In this document: positions 11,949 through 24,072 of the stretch, piece after piece | Position numbering within the stretch: the stretch's first letter is position 1 | Layout: the number at the start of each line of letters is the position of its first letter | NCBI RefSeq assembly: GCF_001194135.2 | Contig: NC_068982.1 | Location: 3,494,010 to 3,540,732 of the forward strand | Direction of reading: 5' to 3' | DNA: 46,723 nt | From: Octopus bimaculoides | Taxonomy: Eukaryota | Made by a program: the position numbers and the translations under genes | Notes under the pieces: generated by a model | Told to the model about the DNA's origin: nothing | Seen by the model: the letters and a program-made list of their open reading frames with translations, nothing else | The model's database searches: none

Positions 11949-12797
11949 TACATACATACATAATTACAACATACATGTATATGTGTGCGTGTGTGTGTGT
12001 ATCTGTGGCTACACTTATTTATGTCTATATATTGATATATGTGTTAATGTATGTATATATGTGTGTATATATGTATGTATGCATGTATGTATCTGCGTGT
12101 GTGCCTCTGCGTGCATATCTACAAACACACACCCGTAATGCACCACTAATACACCCTATCATCACCTGTTTTATTACTTTCCTTTTTTTTATTTCGTGTA
12201 CCTTACTGGAATCTTCACAGTTCTGCTGTAAAACCAATAAAAATTTGATCGATAATCTTATTTAGCTGTATTCATGCTGTTTTAATGGCAAGTCATTGAA
12301 ATGTCTTATATATGGTGCTATATGGAGGATATTCCTTCGATAGATGTTTGCTGATATTTGGTTCGGTTATGTGTGAGTATATCAAAGGAATAATATAAAA
12401 CCATTTTGGAGACATTGGCTCTTTAATAGAAAGAAATGATGCACTTACATCTTTCTATAGGAATCACGAAAACCTACACTGATATAGAAAATATTTGAAA
12501 ATTCTTGTTTTCATTGTGTCACCTTACGTAAGTGGTAAGTGCAAACTTTAAATAAGCAAATGAGAGACTATTAATAAATTATTTTCAAGAAGCTAAATTG
12601 TTCAATATTAAAATGCTTTTAAATCATTAAAATACTATTTGTTTTGAGTTAATATGTCGTTTGATTGAGTTGAACATTAACGCTGCCAATATGCTTAAAC
12701 CGTATTTAGCAGCATTTCATTGTATTAATATAGTTCTGAACTATTAATTAAATGGGAACATATTATGCAGAATAAACCTAGGGGTTGATTTGGGTTG

Positions 12798-12860
12798 TCT
12801 CCATTGCTGACGAATCTCCTAAAGAGATTGATATTCCGAAATTTCGGACTCTAACGGAGA
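12798..12860 (+). ncRNA. Eroded type I hammerhead-like structure
   Basis: Stem I 12798-12806/12852-12860 (8 of 9 pairs); CUGACGA 12807-12813; stem II ATCTC/GAGAT; GATA instead of GAAA; stem III TCCGAA/TTCGGA; CUC triplet 12849-12851. Confidence 0.4.
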
Positions 12861-13399
12861 AACACTGAACGCCCAGCTATGTTCCTTCTCCTCGTCTATG
12901 CTAGGAAAATAATATATTTATGATGATTCAAAAATGATATACAATACGATGATAACTGTGACTGAAAACTACAGACAGAGACGTAAAGATGAGGGCTCTT
13001 AAGTCGTTCTCTGATTTCAGAACGTTGAAGAGAGGAAGTTGTTTAAGACTCAAACTTGATTTGTGCTTTGGGGGAAATAAAAACACAAAACGAAAAACAA
13101 AACAGTGCTTTGGTATATTGTTTTCAAATCCATGCAGCAACCAGTCTGTTTGGGGATCACTGTGAGCTGGATTGATGTATTTACACCAATTTGTCTACAG
13201 TGATAAATGTTCTCCATGACAAAATACAATGAATCGCTTTCTTGCGGGTTCAAATATGCCTGATAAAACGTTTGTTTTTTTACACGTCACTCCTTAGCGC
13301 TTTTGTGCTGTATTTTATTTACGGCGAACCGGCGACTTGCGAAACCAGTCATTGTACGATGACAGGAATATTATAAGAAGGACTTGTCTCTCTTGTCAG

Positions 13400-13607
13400 T
13401 TGGCAGCGTCTGCCGTTCCAGTTTCTGGTGTTGAAGAGGAGATAACCACTCCGAAATGTATGCATCCAGCAGTCCGGTTATGGAGAGCTACGAACTGCCA
13501 CTGTGTATTTACCCCTTATTTGACTACAGCAAGAAATTTTCTCCAAGACAACATACAGAGAATGCATTTTATACGGCCTCGAATATGACTCAGACATATT
13601 TGAACTG
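13400..13607 (+). other. Candidate host exon (unrecognised)
   Basis: Acceptor-like TCTCTCTTGTCAG ends at 13399. ATG 13456 is open for 50 codons (MYASSSPVMESYELPLC...) to a weak donor TG|GTAACA. Repeat-free and CpG-richer context. No homology recognised. Confidence 0.2.
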
Positions 13608-13838
13608 GTAACAAGTTTGTGTTGTTTTCGTAGTTTTCAAACACAAAAATATTTCACTCCGTATATCACTTCGGGCTTCTTCGATGCAATATCTTATTTT
13701 TCTTCGATAGTCTTATGTACGCATGTGTATATCTCGATATGCATACACGCGTATGTGTACACATTCAGTATTACAGACATTCTCACATATACAGTATACA
13801 TATATAAGTGTGTACGCATGAATGCATCTGTGTATGTG

Positions 13839-13872
<34 letters not shown>

Positions 13873-14063
13873 NNNNNNNNNNNNNNNNNNNNNNNNNNNN
13901 NNNNNNNNNNNNNNNNNNNNNNNNNNNNNNNNNNNNNNNNNNNNNNNNNNNNNNNNNNNNNNNNNNNNNNNNNNNNNNNNNNNNNNNNNNNNNNNNNNNN
14001 NNNNNNNNNNNNNNNNNNNNNNNNNNNNNNNNNNNNNNNNNNNNNNNNNNNNNNNNNNNNNNN

Positions 14064-14101
<38 letters not shown>

Positions 14102-14993
14102 AATCTATGTATGGCTATAAATATATACTATTATATACACACAGACACGTACATTTGTGTATATATGTACTTATATTATACATACACTGATAAACGCGCA
14201 CACATCACATATACCCAAGTGCACAAATAAAGCCACCTACACACAAACACACACGCGCGGATGCAGAAGAGGCTAATTCTTCAGATAGATATTTGATTAT
14301 TGCGCTACATTATTCCAGAAATCGATAACATTACACGAAATGTTAGCGTAAGAAGCAGGAAGAAAATATTTCAACTTTCCATGTCCTTACAAACCAATAT
14401 AAAACTCATGTATCGCTCTTATCAATATTCGGAATCACACTGACGCATGACAACTGCATTTCTAACTCCTTTACCTGAAGTATACACTCGCAGAACCATT
14501 CCACTCTTCCTTGTATACTAATAGGTCATGGGATGTCACACTTATGCGTTTACGTATGTATATGTGTGTGTATATACGTAACTATTTGCACTCCATTATA
14601 TACATATATATGTATGTATGCATGCACATATGAGTGTATGTATTTATGTGTGTGTTTGTGCGCATGTACATTAACGTGTCTTGGATATGTGCTGCTTATG
14701 TACCAGTACATTTTCTTCGTGCTGACAAAATGATATTAACTAACTATTAAGTACCTATTTAAATTTCCCTATGAACTGTTTCATTAGCAAAAAAATCTTA
14801 TCTTCAGTTATACATACATATATATATGCAAATAATATATATATATATATATTTACATATATATATACATATACGTATGCATGTATGTATTAGTTGAAGT
14901 GTGTGTGTCTATGCATGTGCGTACGAGTTTTTGCGTGAGCGTGTGTTAAAATGTATGTATGAATCTAAGCATGTATTTTATGTATGCGTACAA

Positions 14994-15043
<50 letters not shown>

Positions 15044-15398
15044 CTAAGCATGTTTTTGTGTATGCGAGCATATATATATATGNNNNNNNNNNNNNNNNNN
15101 NNNNNNNNNNNNNNNNNNNNNNNNNNNNNNNNNNNNNNNNNNNNNNNNNNNNNNNNNNNNNNNNNNNNNNNNNNNNNNNNNNNNNNNNNNNNNNNNNNNN
15201 NNNNNNNNNNNNNNNNNNNNNNNNNNNNNNNNNNNNNNNNNNNNNNNNNNNNNNNNNNNNNNNNNNNNNNNNNNNNNNNNNNNNNNNNNNNNNNNNNNNN
15301 NNNNNNNNNNNNNNNNNNNNNNNNNNNNNNNNNNNNNNNNNNNNNNNNNNNNNNNNNNNNNNNNNNNNNNNNNNNNNNNNNNNNNNNNNNNNNNNNNN

Positions 15399-15462
<64 letters not shown>

Positions 15463-16530
15463 TGTGTCTGCAGGTACAGTATGTATATAACGAGGAAAAG
15501 AGATTTATATCCTATTTTGTAGAATTAACCATCCATATCTTTCTGAAGACAGTGCTTTATAGGGACACGCTCGTTCAAACAGCACCATTATCCGTACACA
15601 AACACAAGTACCAACACACCAAGGCCAAATACTTTAAAAGATATTCGTTTCTTTTCTCTGTCTATTATCTTTGTAATTGTTTATTTCTTTCCTATATTAC
15701 CTTTTTATTTCCATTGAAAAATTGTGTGAATCGTTCGTGTATTTAGAAAATTCTATGATTTATCGGAGAAGTAATACATCCATGAAAAGAATATTTGTTT
15801 TGTTTTGTCTTGTCGTTGTTGCTGTGTTTTTGTTTGTTTTTGTTTTTTTCGTGGTTGTTGCTCTGCTATTTTTTTCTGCTAAATTTTGTGACATTTTTTT
15901 TTTCTCATTTATTGTCTCCACAACTTTGCTAAAGATTTAACAGTTGTGAGAGAAAGTTAGTGGCGAGTGCTCTAGTGAGACGAAACTGTAATCGATTTGG
16001 TAAAAGTTCACTTCTCTGCGTTTAATGATCCTGAGAAAAGTATGAGCGTCACAACATTACATTTTCTTTTCCTATTAAACAATAAAGGTTTAATGATTTG
16101 TCGAATATAAAATCTAAAAATTTAAAGAAAAACTCTAAGAGATTATTGTTTATTCTTAATATATGTATATAGAATTTGTTGCTTAAGGATCTAGCTGATC
16201 TTGTGAACTGTTGGCACCTGCCTAAAGTATCATTTCTTTTAGACTAGGAATATTAGCCATGGAACATTCTCGCTGTCATCTACTCTATACGAGAGAAAAT
16301 AAGAACTGAAAGCTTGTTGCAAGCTCACATCAAAACTAAATCGAATTTGAATGATTGTCAGACATCTATGAGTCTTTACAATTAACGCACACGCGCGCAC
16401 ACATGCACACACACATATATGTGTTTAAACTAATACACCTTCTTGTTGCTTGTACACCTGTCTTCGTCTTTTGTTTTTCTATAAGTTTCAACTATACATG
16501 TATATATATAAATATTTTATAATTATATTC

Positions 16531-16658
16531 ATAATTATAACAAGGACTTGAATAGTGCCTCACCATGCACTGGAAAATAGACGTCTGGTAATAGTGTCTA
16601 TTTGAGGTCTATTTTTCAGTGCGTGGTGAGGCGCAAGCCAAGTCCTTGTTATAATTAT
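16531..16658. mobile_element. Palindromic MITE-like element
   Basis: 52-nt imperfect inverted arms, 16531-16582 and 16607-16658, starting ATAATTATAACAAGGACTTG. Confidence 0.75.
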
Positions 16659-16788
16659 TTATATAATTATGAAATATTTATAAAATTTACCTATGACGTT
16701 TTATTTCCGCGCTAACCACCTGGTAAAGATCATTAATGATTTTTACCCTTTATTATTATTATTATGTATATATATATATACATATATA

Positions 16789-16905
16789 TTATTCAGTTTT
16801 AGTTCAAGATTTCTTGCCAATAGAGAAAAAGCTGGTTTCTAACCTAGATCCAAGGCCCTTCATAGGAATTTCAGCAACAGCAAACAGTGTATTTTTGCAT
16901 GTATG
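16789..16905 (-). mobile_element. Family D copy
   Basis: Reverse-complement match to 4250-4370. Confidence 0.7.
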
Positions 16906-17246
16906 TGTGTATATGTGCAGCATTTGGAATGTGTGCATGTGCAGATATCTATATTTTGCTTGACGTATGTATTCTCATGCATGTCTACACCTGCATATGT
17001 ATATTTAAATGTTAAACTTCTGAAACGTGTTATACATTTTTACAATTCCAGTGCAGTAATGGCTTGAATCTGTAGTCTTCGAATCAGCTTTCTCTTTTCT
17101 GGTTTTGAAAAGCCTAATATTTCAAGATTGGTGCTTAGTTAATTTGATACATATTCCAGTGCCCCGATAATTACAGGTACTAACCTGAACTTGTAATCCG
17201 GGTAGAGTAGCTGTAAATTTCTCAATAACTCGCTGATCGTTAGCTT

Positions 17247-17540
17247 TCTGTTATGTATTTATGTATATATGTATGTATGTATGTATGTGTGTATGTATGT
17301 ATGCTTGTATGTATGTACGCATGTATGCGTGTATGCATTGTGTATGTATGTATGTATGCATGAATGAATGATTGTATGTATGTATGTATACATATATTTG
17401 TATGTGTGTGTGTATGTATGTTTGTATGTATGCGTAGATATGCGTAGATATGCGTAGATATATGTATGTATGTATGCATGTATGGATGTATGTATGCATA
17501 GATATATATATATGTATGCGTAGACATGCGTAGATCTATG

Positions 17541-17573
<33 letters not shown>
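17247..17573. repeat. Degenerate (TATG)n microsatellite
   Basis: Directly visible. Confidence 0.9.
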
Positions 17574-17575
<2 letters not shown>

Positions 17576-17879
17576 TCTCAATCTGCCGGCATATACTGAC
17601 GTTCCTGTTGGTTAACTTCGAGACTTGTGAGGCTTGACGGAAAGAACTTGACGTGAGAAACCCTATCACCAAGTTAAACGCCTTTAAACTCCTGACGTCT
17701 TTTAACTATCATTTATTTTTAACTTACTGAGAATTACGGTTAAAAACTAAATCGTTATGTATGAAGAAATTATTCTATTTACGTTGCAATGATTAAAAGA
17801 GTCTGCACATAAATGGGTGTTGAATGCTTTCATGTCTTTGTACAAAAGAAAAGAAACAAAATAATGTCTATCTGCGCTG

Positions 17880-18170
17880 AGTTTATTGATTAAATTGACA
17901 GTGCCGATTTAATCAACAAAATTTTGTTTAGTGGAAAGGTTAATCAGGATTTGGGGAAGCGAGAAGACACCTGAATTTCTTGAATGGAAACAAGATACAC
18001 CGAAAGTGAATGTTTCGCTTGGTATGAGTAAGTCAAAGGTGTATGAAACTTTGTTTCTTTCTTCGCGGAGACTACAGTCACGGGAACTGTGTATCTTGGT
18101 ATGCTTGAACAATTCTTTAAACCTTTTAATTTTGACTCTATATCTTCAGGAGGAGTTACCTCAGTCCTTT
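17880..18170 (+). pseudogene. Tc1/mariner-superfamily transposase relic
   Basis: KILFS/GKVN/RIWGSEK.PEFLEWKQDTPKVNV...(frameshift)FAETTVTGTVYLGMLEQF resembles the RIWG..P..SPKVNVW..FF.E.TVTG..YL.ML segment of Tc3-like DDD/E domains. Confidence 0.7.
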
Positions 18171-18274
18171 CTATATTAACCAAAATGAAGTAGATTGACA
18201 AATTTATTTTTTGAACCAGTTGAAGACACAAGATGTCGAAATATCGTTCACTAGATAACAATGGCACTCTTCTT

Positions 18275-18342
<68 letters not shown>

Positions 18343-18346
<4 letters not shown>

Positions 18347-18490
18347 TCAAAAAATACCTTAGGAATGAGAACCCAGGTTCGAAATTTCCCCAAGATACCT
18401 GATGAAGGCTGGAGGGTATATCAGCCGAAACGTTGTGTTAACAACAAACAAGATGAGGACAAATATCCGTCAAATGTACATAATGTAAAT
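18343..18490 (+). mobile_element. Family A tail after (AAT)n 18276-18342; head absent; 3'-truncated
   Basis: Near-identical to 234-385. Confidence 0.85.
18394..18439 (+). ncRNA. Minimal hammerhead ribozyme with canonical CUGAUGA core
   Basis: GATAC-CTGATGA(18399-18405)-A-GGCTG..CAGCC-GAAA(18427-18430)-CGTT-GTGTT. Confidence 0.75.
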
Positions 18491-18568
18491 AAATATATGT
18501 CTATATATATATATGTGTGTGTGTGTGTATATACATGCATACATATATATATATTTATATACTACCTA

Positions 18569-18676
<108 letters not shown>

Positions 18677-19080
18677 TGTGTGTGCCTAATCAGTAGCATA
18701 TCTTGTCTGTTTCGATTAACTGAAACTGTTCATGTTTTATTTTCAGTATTCGCCACTGTGGCATAAGAAGATAAATGAATCTATTTTATGAATGTCAAGT
18801 AGGGATATAACATAATATCAACAATGATGTAGGCTTTCTATGGTAATTCCAAGCCTTTGTTAGCGATACACAAGGAAAGTTCAGTGAACAGAACAGAGAA
18901 TGCAAGATACAAATGCTTCGGATTCTTCCAACCTTAATACAACCAAGCTAGTTGTTAATATAAGCTAGGATAAATTTTATATATGTATATATATTATTGA
19001 TAGAAATGGCAAGACAACAAAAGGATGAAAAAAACCTCGCTATTATGTAAATAGAGGAATTTATCTGTAAATATATTATG

Positions 19081-19152
19081 TGACAATTATTCGGTAGCCA
19101 TGATAAAACTCCGAGTTTTGGATGTTTTATCATGGCTACTGAATAATTGTCA
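19081..19152. mobile_element. Palindromic element, 29-nt arms
   Basis: TGACAATTATTCGGTAGCCATGATAAAAC (19081-19109) versus 19124-19152, one mismatch. Confidence 0.7.
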
Positions 19153-19164
19153 TATATTATATTT

Positions 19165-19227
<63 letters not shown>

Positions 19228-19353
19228 TAAATTAAAAACGTAAAATTAAAACAGAACACCTCGGCCACTCTCTGGCATATACAGGTGCTTACAATTATCA
19301 AGTATTACCTCTAAAATTTGCTTTACCTACGTATATATATATATATATATATA

Positions 19354-19459
19354 TATAATTATAAATATATAGGGATTGACAGTAACCTGCTTCTCCAACA
19401 TACTGAGAATTCAGAAATAGCAGTCAATCCCTGTCAATCCCTATATATTTATAATTATA
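19354..19459. mobile_element. MITE-like element, 29-nt perfect terminal inverted repeats
   Basis: TATAATTATAAATATATAGGGATTGACAG (19354-19382) and its exact reverse complement at 19431-19459. Confidence 0.75.
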
Positions 19460-19499
19460 AATGTTTTTTACCGAAGAAGGTTTTTTCATNNNNNNNNNN

Positions 19500-19548
<49 letters not shown>

Positions 19549-19550
19549 TA

Positions 19551-19738
19551 CTGTTCTATATTTTAGAGATGAAGACTTCTGTAGATTATTTACATTATTT
19601 ACATTGACGATATGTTTACTCATGTCGTTTGTTGTTATCACAATGTTTCGGCTGATTTGCTCTCCAGCCTTCATCAGGTGTCCTGGTGGAATTTTGAACC
19701 CAACCCTGGGTTCTCATTCCTAAAGTATTTTTTGCTGA

Positions 19739-19772
<34 letters not shown>

Positions 19773-20059
19773 TTATGTTTGACTTTTGTTTTGCATTTGT
19801 ACAAGTTGGATCCAAGTCTCACCCAGAGACCTCAAGAGACAACAAGTTAGAAGTTCATGTAGGTGTTATGCCTAGGGTACCATATATTTGGATTTGTATA
19901 TTATTATTATTATTATTATTATTATCACTATTATTATTATTTATTTATTTATTCAAGGTACTGCCTGGAACTCAACTCGCAGTCTTGGGGTTAGTAGCCC
20001 GCGCTCTTAACCATTACGCTATATGCCCGTGGGCTACTAACCCCAAGATTGCAAGTTCA
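19551..20059 (-). mobile_element. Full family A element with a nested insertion in its linker and a short fold-back
   Basis: Tail 19551-19741 (CTGATGA at 19677-19671); (TTA)n; insert 19774-19898; (TTA)n; tRNA-like head 19953-20034; then a plus-strand head fragment 20031-20059. Confidence 0.85.
19774..19898 (-). mobile_element. Short 3' fragment of a probable R4/Dong-like LINE nested in (TTA)n
   Basis: Flanked on both sides by (TTA)n. Its TGAGGTC..GTGAGACTTG..TACAAA resembles the 3' UTR at 11568-11605. No clear protein motif. Confidence 0.45.
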
Positions 20060-20060
20060 G

Positions 20061-20181
20061 TGCCTTACCTAGTGTTGTTAGGTTCCGCACACATTTTACG
20101 CCGTGTACTCTCCATTAGATGAGGACCTGCTGTGACCTTAGGGTCAAGGGATGACCCCGGTTCAGCAGAAGACAACGGATC
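20061..20181 (+). mobile_element. R4/Dong-like LINE 3' end
   Basis: LVLLGSAHILRRVLSIR* (stop 20120-20122), followed by a TGAGGAC..TGTGACC 3' UTR. Confidence 0.7.
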
Positions 20182-20734
20182 ATTTATATATATATATATA
20201 CAGGGTTGGACCAAAGCCCCCTCGACAGTATATCGAAATTCCATAAATACTTTGTGTATTTCTCTGTTGACTCGAATGGAAAAATGTGTCGCTCAAGAAG
20301 GACTTCATTGTGAACGGTTTTCATGATGTTTCATATTTGGATGCTTTTATTCAATTCATTCAGTTGTTACACATAAATAAATCTTGGAATTAAATCGTTT
20401 TGGCTTACAATACCACCTTAAGCTGGCCGGCCCTTTGCTCAAAGGAAGAGCACAGCACTTAGCTCCTCCAACCAGTATAGGCTGCAGCTCTAATCGTAAC
20501 GACAGTCCCAACGAAGCACAACCAAATTTTAATCCAGTGCTACCAAATCTGATAGGTCCCAAGGAAAGGCTGTCGATGCTATAATGCTAGTCCTCTACTA
20601 ACCCGCGAAGGCACATTTCTAACAGCAGACGCAATAACGCTAAATAAGTGCTACCGCAGCCTCCAGACATAGTGACGACAGATGTCATTCACCATCCAGT
20701 CCGACCACATGGACCAGAGAGCATTTCCAGGACA

Positions 20735-20832
20735 TTGACATCACGTGACCTGCGTTGACTAATAGACATTTAACATCAAGCAGCCATCTTGAAGTCGTTT
20801 CATTTCCTGTTACTTGACCTCAAAACGTCAGA
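20735..20832. promoter_or_regulatory. Candidate housekeeping-type promoter motif cluster
   Basis: TCACGTGA E-box 20741-20748; YY1-like CAGCCATCTTG 20781-20791; ETS-like TTTCCTGT 20803-20810; CRE half-site ACGTCA 20825-20830; all in unique sequence. Confidence 0.35.
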
Positions 20833-20923
20833 TGTGTTATGTTTGTTTTACGAGCCTACGAAGCTATAAGTTGCATGGAGTTTAGACAAATTGTTACTAA
20901 ATGAAATAACATCTAATGTGTGT

Positions 20924-20958
<35 letters not shown>

Positions 20959-20989
20959 TTCACATACACACAGAGGTTTGATAATATTT

Positions 20990-21223
20990 CTTATTTCTTT
21001 ACTACCCACAAGGGGCTACACACAGAGGGGAAAAACAAGAACAGACAAACGAATTAAGTCGATTATATCGACCCCAGTGCGTAACTGGTACTTATTTAAT
21101 CGACCCCGAAAGGATGAAAGGCAAAGTCGACCTCGGCGGAATTTGAACTCAGAACGAAAAGACAGACGAAATACCGCTAAGAATTTCGCCCGGCGTGCTA
21201 ACGTTTCTGCCGACTCGCCGCTT
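20990..21223 (-). mobile_element. Full-length family B SINE
   Basis: Head GCGGCGAGTCGGCAGAAACGTTAGCACGCCGGGCG, B-box GAGTTCAAATTCC, central GCCTTTCATCCTTTCGGGGTCGAT domain. Confidence 0.9.
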
Positions 21224-21594
21224 TATGTTGCTAATATTTCTACTTTATGCTATGGTACGAGTTATTTTGCCGCTGTGTTGAATTGTCATTCTACATAGAC
21301 ATTGTCAATTGAGAAATAATGTTACAGTGACGTACCACATATTACGAGATCATAACCGATCGAAACGACCGTGATTTGGTCTCTAATATCAATGAAATAT
21401 AAAACTGCAAATTCGTGTCACTTATGAAGCATTAAATTTGCAACAGTTGTATTTAGGCTGGAACTGTCATCGAGAAAGACACAAAATGCAAGATGCATCT
21501 ACAGACATACATAAACACACATGCACATCCTCATACATACACATGTATATGTATGTATATATATATGTATGTATATATATATATATATATATAC

Positions 21595-21638
<44 letters not shown>

Positions 21639-21872
21639 GTATATGCATGTACAAGTATGTAAATATACGTGTACATATATATGCATACGGGTGTTTGTGC
21701 GTGTGTGTATATATATATATCTATATACATACATGAATACACACACACACACACAGATATATGTGTGTGTGTATGTATATATATACGCAGGGAACCAAAT
21801 CAAACTGTATTAGATGATATATATATATAAATTATTAAGTTTCGGTCCAGACACCTTCGTTAGGCAATCCGA

Positions 21873-21930
<58 letters not shown>

Positions 21931-22383
21931 NNNNNNNNNNNNNNNNNNNNNNNNNNNNNNNNNNNNNNNNNNNNNNNNNNNNNNNNNNNNNNNNNNNNNN
22001 NNNNNNNNNNNNNNNNNNNNNNNNNNNNNNNNNNNNNNNNNNNNNNNNNNNNNNNNNNNNNNNNNNNNNNNNNNNNNNNNNNNNNNNNNNNNNNNNNNNN
22101 NNNNNNNNNNNNNNNNNNNNNNNNNNNNNNNNNNNNNNNNNNNNNNNNNNNNNNNNNNNNNNNNNNNNNNNNNNNNNNNNNNNNNNNNNNNNNNNNNNNN
22201 NNNNNNNNNNNNNNNNNNNNNNNNNNNNNNNNNNNNNNNNNNNNNNNNNNNNNNNNNNNNNNNNNNNNNNNNNNNNNNNNNNNNNNNNNNNNNNNNNNNN
22301 NNNNNNNNNNNNNNNNNNNNNNNNNNNNNNNNNNNNNNNNNNNNNNNNNNNNNNNNNNNNNNNNNNNNNNNNNNNNNNNNNNN

Positions 22384-22424
<41 letters not shown>

Positions 22425-22445
22425 CGTGCGTGCGTGTGTGCGCGC
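21873..22445. repeat. (GT)n microsatellite interrupted by gap 21931-22383
   Basis: Directly visible. Confidence 0.95.
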
Positions 22446-22464
22446 ATGTGTTCCCGTTTGTGTA

Positions 22465-22960
22465 CAGTGATCACTCGCCATATTGCGGTTCACCTATCGT
22501 GGCCTCAGTACATCGCGGATTTTTCTGGTTAATATATGTAAATTTATATCGTGGACTCCTCAGTATAATGTAGGTTTCTGCAGCCAATAGATAGTTAAAT
22601 TTTTTTAGATTTTAATTATTTCTGTGGTTAAATAAGCATTTCCATGCCTAAAGATTAATAAATTAATAAATAAAGATACATTACAGTACTCCACTGCATA
22701 ACAAATTAATTAAAATATATTAAAAGAAAATGCGTAATGTACCGTAGATGAGTAAACAAAGAATCGCACATACTGTATGGGAAACGAAACGCGGGAGGTG
22801 AGTGTGGGGAGTTGTTTGGCATTTATAATAAAATAAATATATACAAATTATAAAAATAATAATAATAAATATACAATATATTACTGTTTCTATTTTGCGG
22901 ATTTTCACTTAGTGCAGTGGGTTTTGTAACGTAACACCCGCGATATTCGGGGATATACTT
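22465..22960. mobile_element. pogo/Tigger-like MITE
   Basis: Left end TA|CAGTGATCACTCGCCATATTGCGG; right end CCGCGATATTCGGGGATATACT is an imperfect inverted match; internal GCGGATTTT subrepeats. Confidence 0.55.
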
Positions 22961-23879
22961 AATGTACTGTGTAGTCTTTTTCCCCCCTTCCATCTTGCAC
23001 TTTCTGTTTCATATCTTGAGAGTGGGCGGATAAACTAACAAACAAGTCAGTTCATCTCCGCTGCGGAATTCTCACCTTTACAAACAGTATGAGTTCTGAC
23101 TTAGGAAGGAAGGATGAGGGCCGAAAAAGTTTTTCGACTACAAATAGACATATTGACACTCTTTGTCGGCCTTAGTATATAAGATAGCAATGTTCGTGGG
23201 TGTGGATACGAATTAATGCGAATTGCAACTTTTAATAAAAAGTCTTTTTATAAATAATCTCTGCCGACGTAAGCCACCACTAAGTTCCTCTAGCTCTGCT
23301 TTTATATGTGTGCGCACGCATGTATGCGCACGCGCGTGTGTGTGTGTGTGTGTGTGTGTGTGCTTAAGTCTTAAAGTCAACTTTGTATTTAATTCTTTCC
23401 TTCGTTGTATTCAATTTGACTTTAGTTATTTTTCTTCTCCTTTACTCTCTCTCTCCCTTTCTCCTCTCTCTCTCTCTATCTTTCTATGTATCCATCTATA
23501 TATCTCTATTTGTCTAATTTTAACTATCTCTGATTGTCTCATACTTTCTTTTCCTTACTTCTCAATTGTTTCTTTAGTATCTGATAGAATACCTTCGTAT
23601 CTTCTCTTCTACAATCACAATCCTGTTTCTCTTTTCTCTCTTCCTTCCTTTCACTGTTTCTTCCCCGTCTTCGTATCCTTTCTTTCTTACATACTGTCTC
23701 TCGCTCACTTTCTCCTCTAATCCCATATTCTCATTAGTAACGTTGTTCAGGTGCCACCAACTAGCTATAGTCGGACTAATAAGGCGCATGATAGATTTAT
23801 TCTCCAGGCTGATTAATTGAAGCAATTGTTAAATCAACTGCGAAGGAAACAACCCAAAGCAATGTCTGAGCTTATCACA

Positions 23880-23881
<2 letters not shown>

Positions 23882-23961
<80 letters not shown>

Positions 23962-23983
23962 TGTGTGTGTGTCTGTGTGTGTA

Positions 23984-24021
<38 letters not shown>

Positions 24022-24072
24022 TGTGTCTGTGTCTGTGTCTGTGTGTGTCTGTGTGTGCCTGTGTGTGTGTGT
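23882..24072. repeat. (GT)n/(GTCT)n microsatellite
   Basis: Directly visible. Confidence 0.95.

Noticed and set aside
13617-15746. Long ORFs rich in YI/VC/X (also 8376-8880, 21438-22573, 23817-24168, 39851-40723)
   Set aside because: Translations of microsatellites and N gaps, not genes.
15955-16000. GTGGCGA-GTGCTC-TAGT-GAGAC-GAAAC-TGTA, hammerhead-like
   Set aside because: Two core mismatches and no stem I complementarity.
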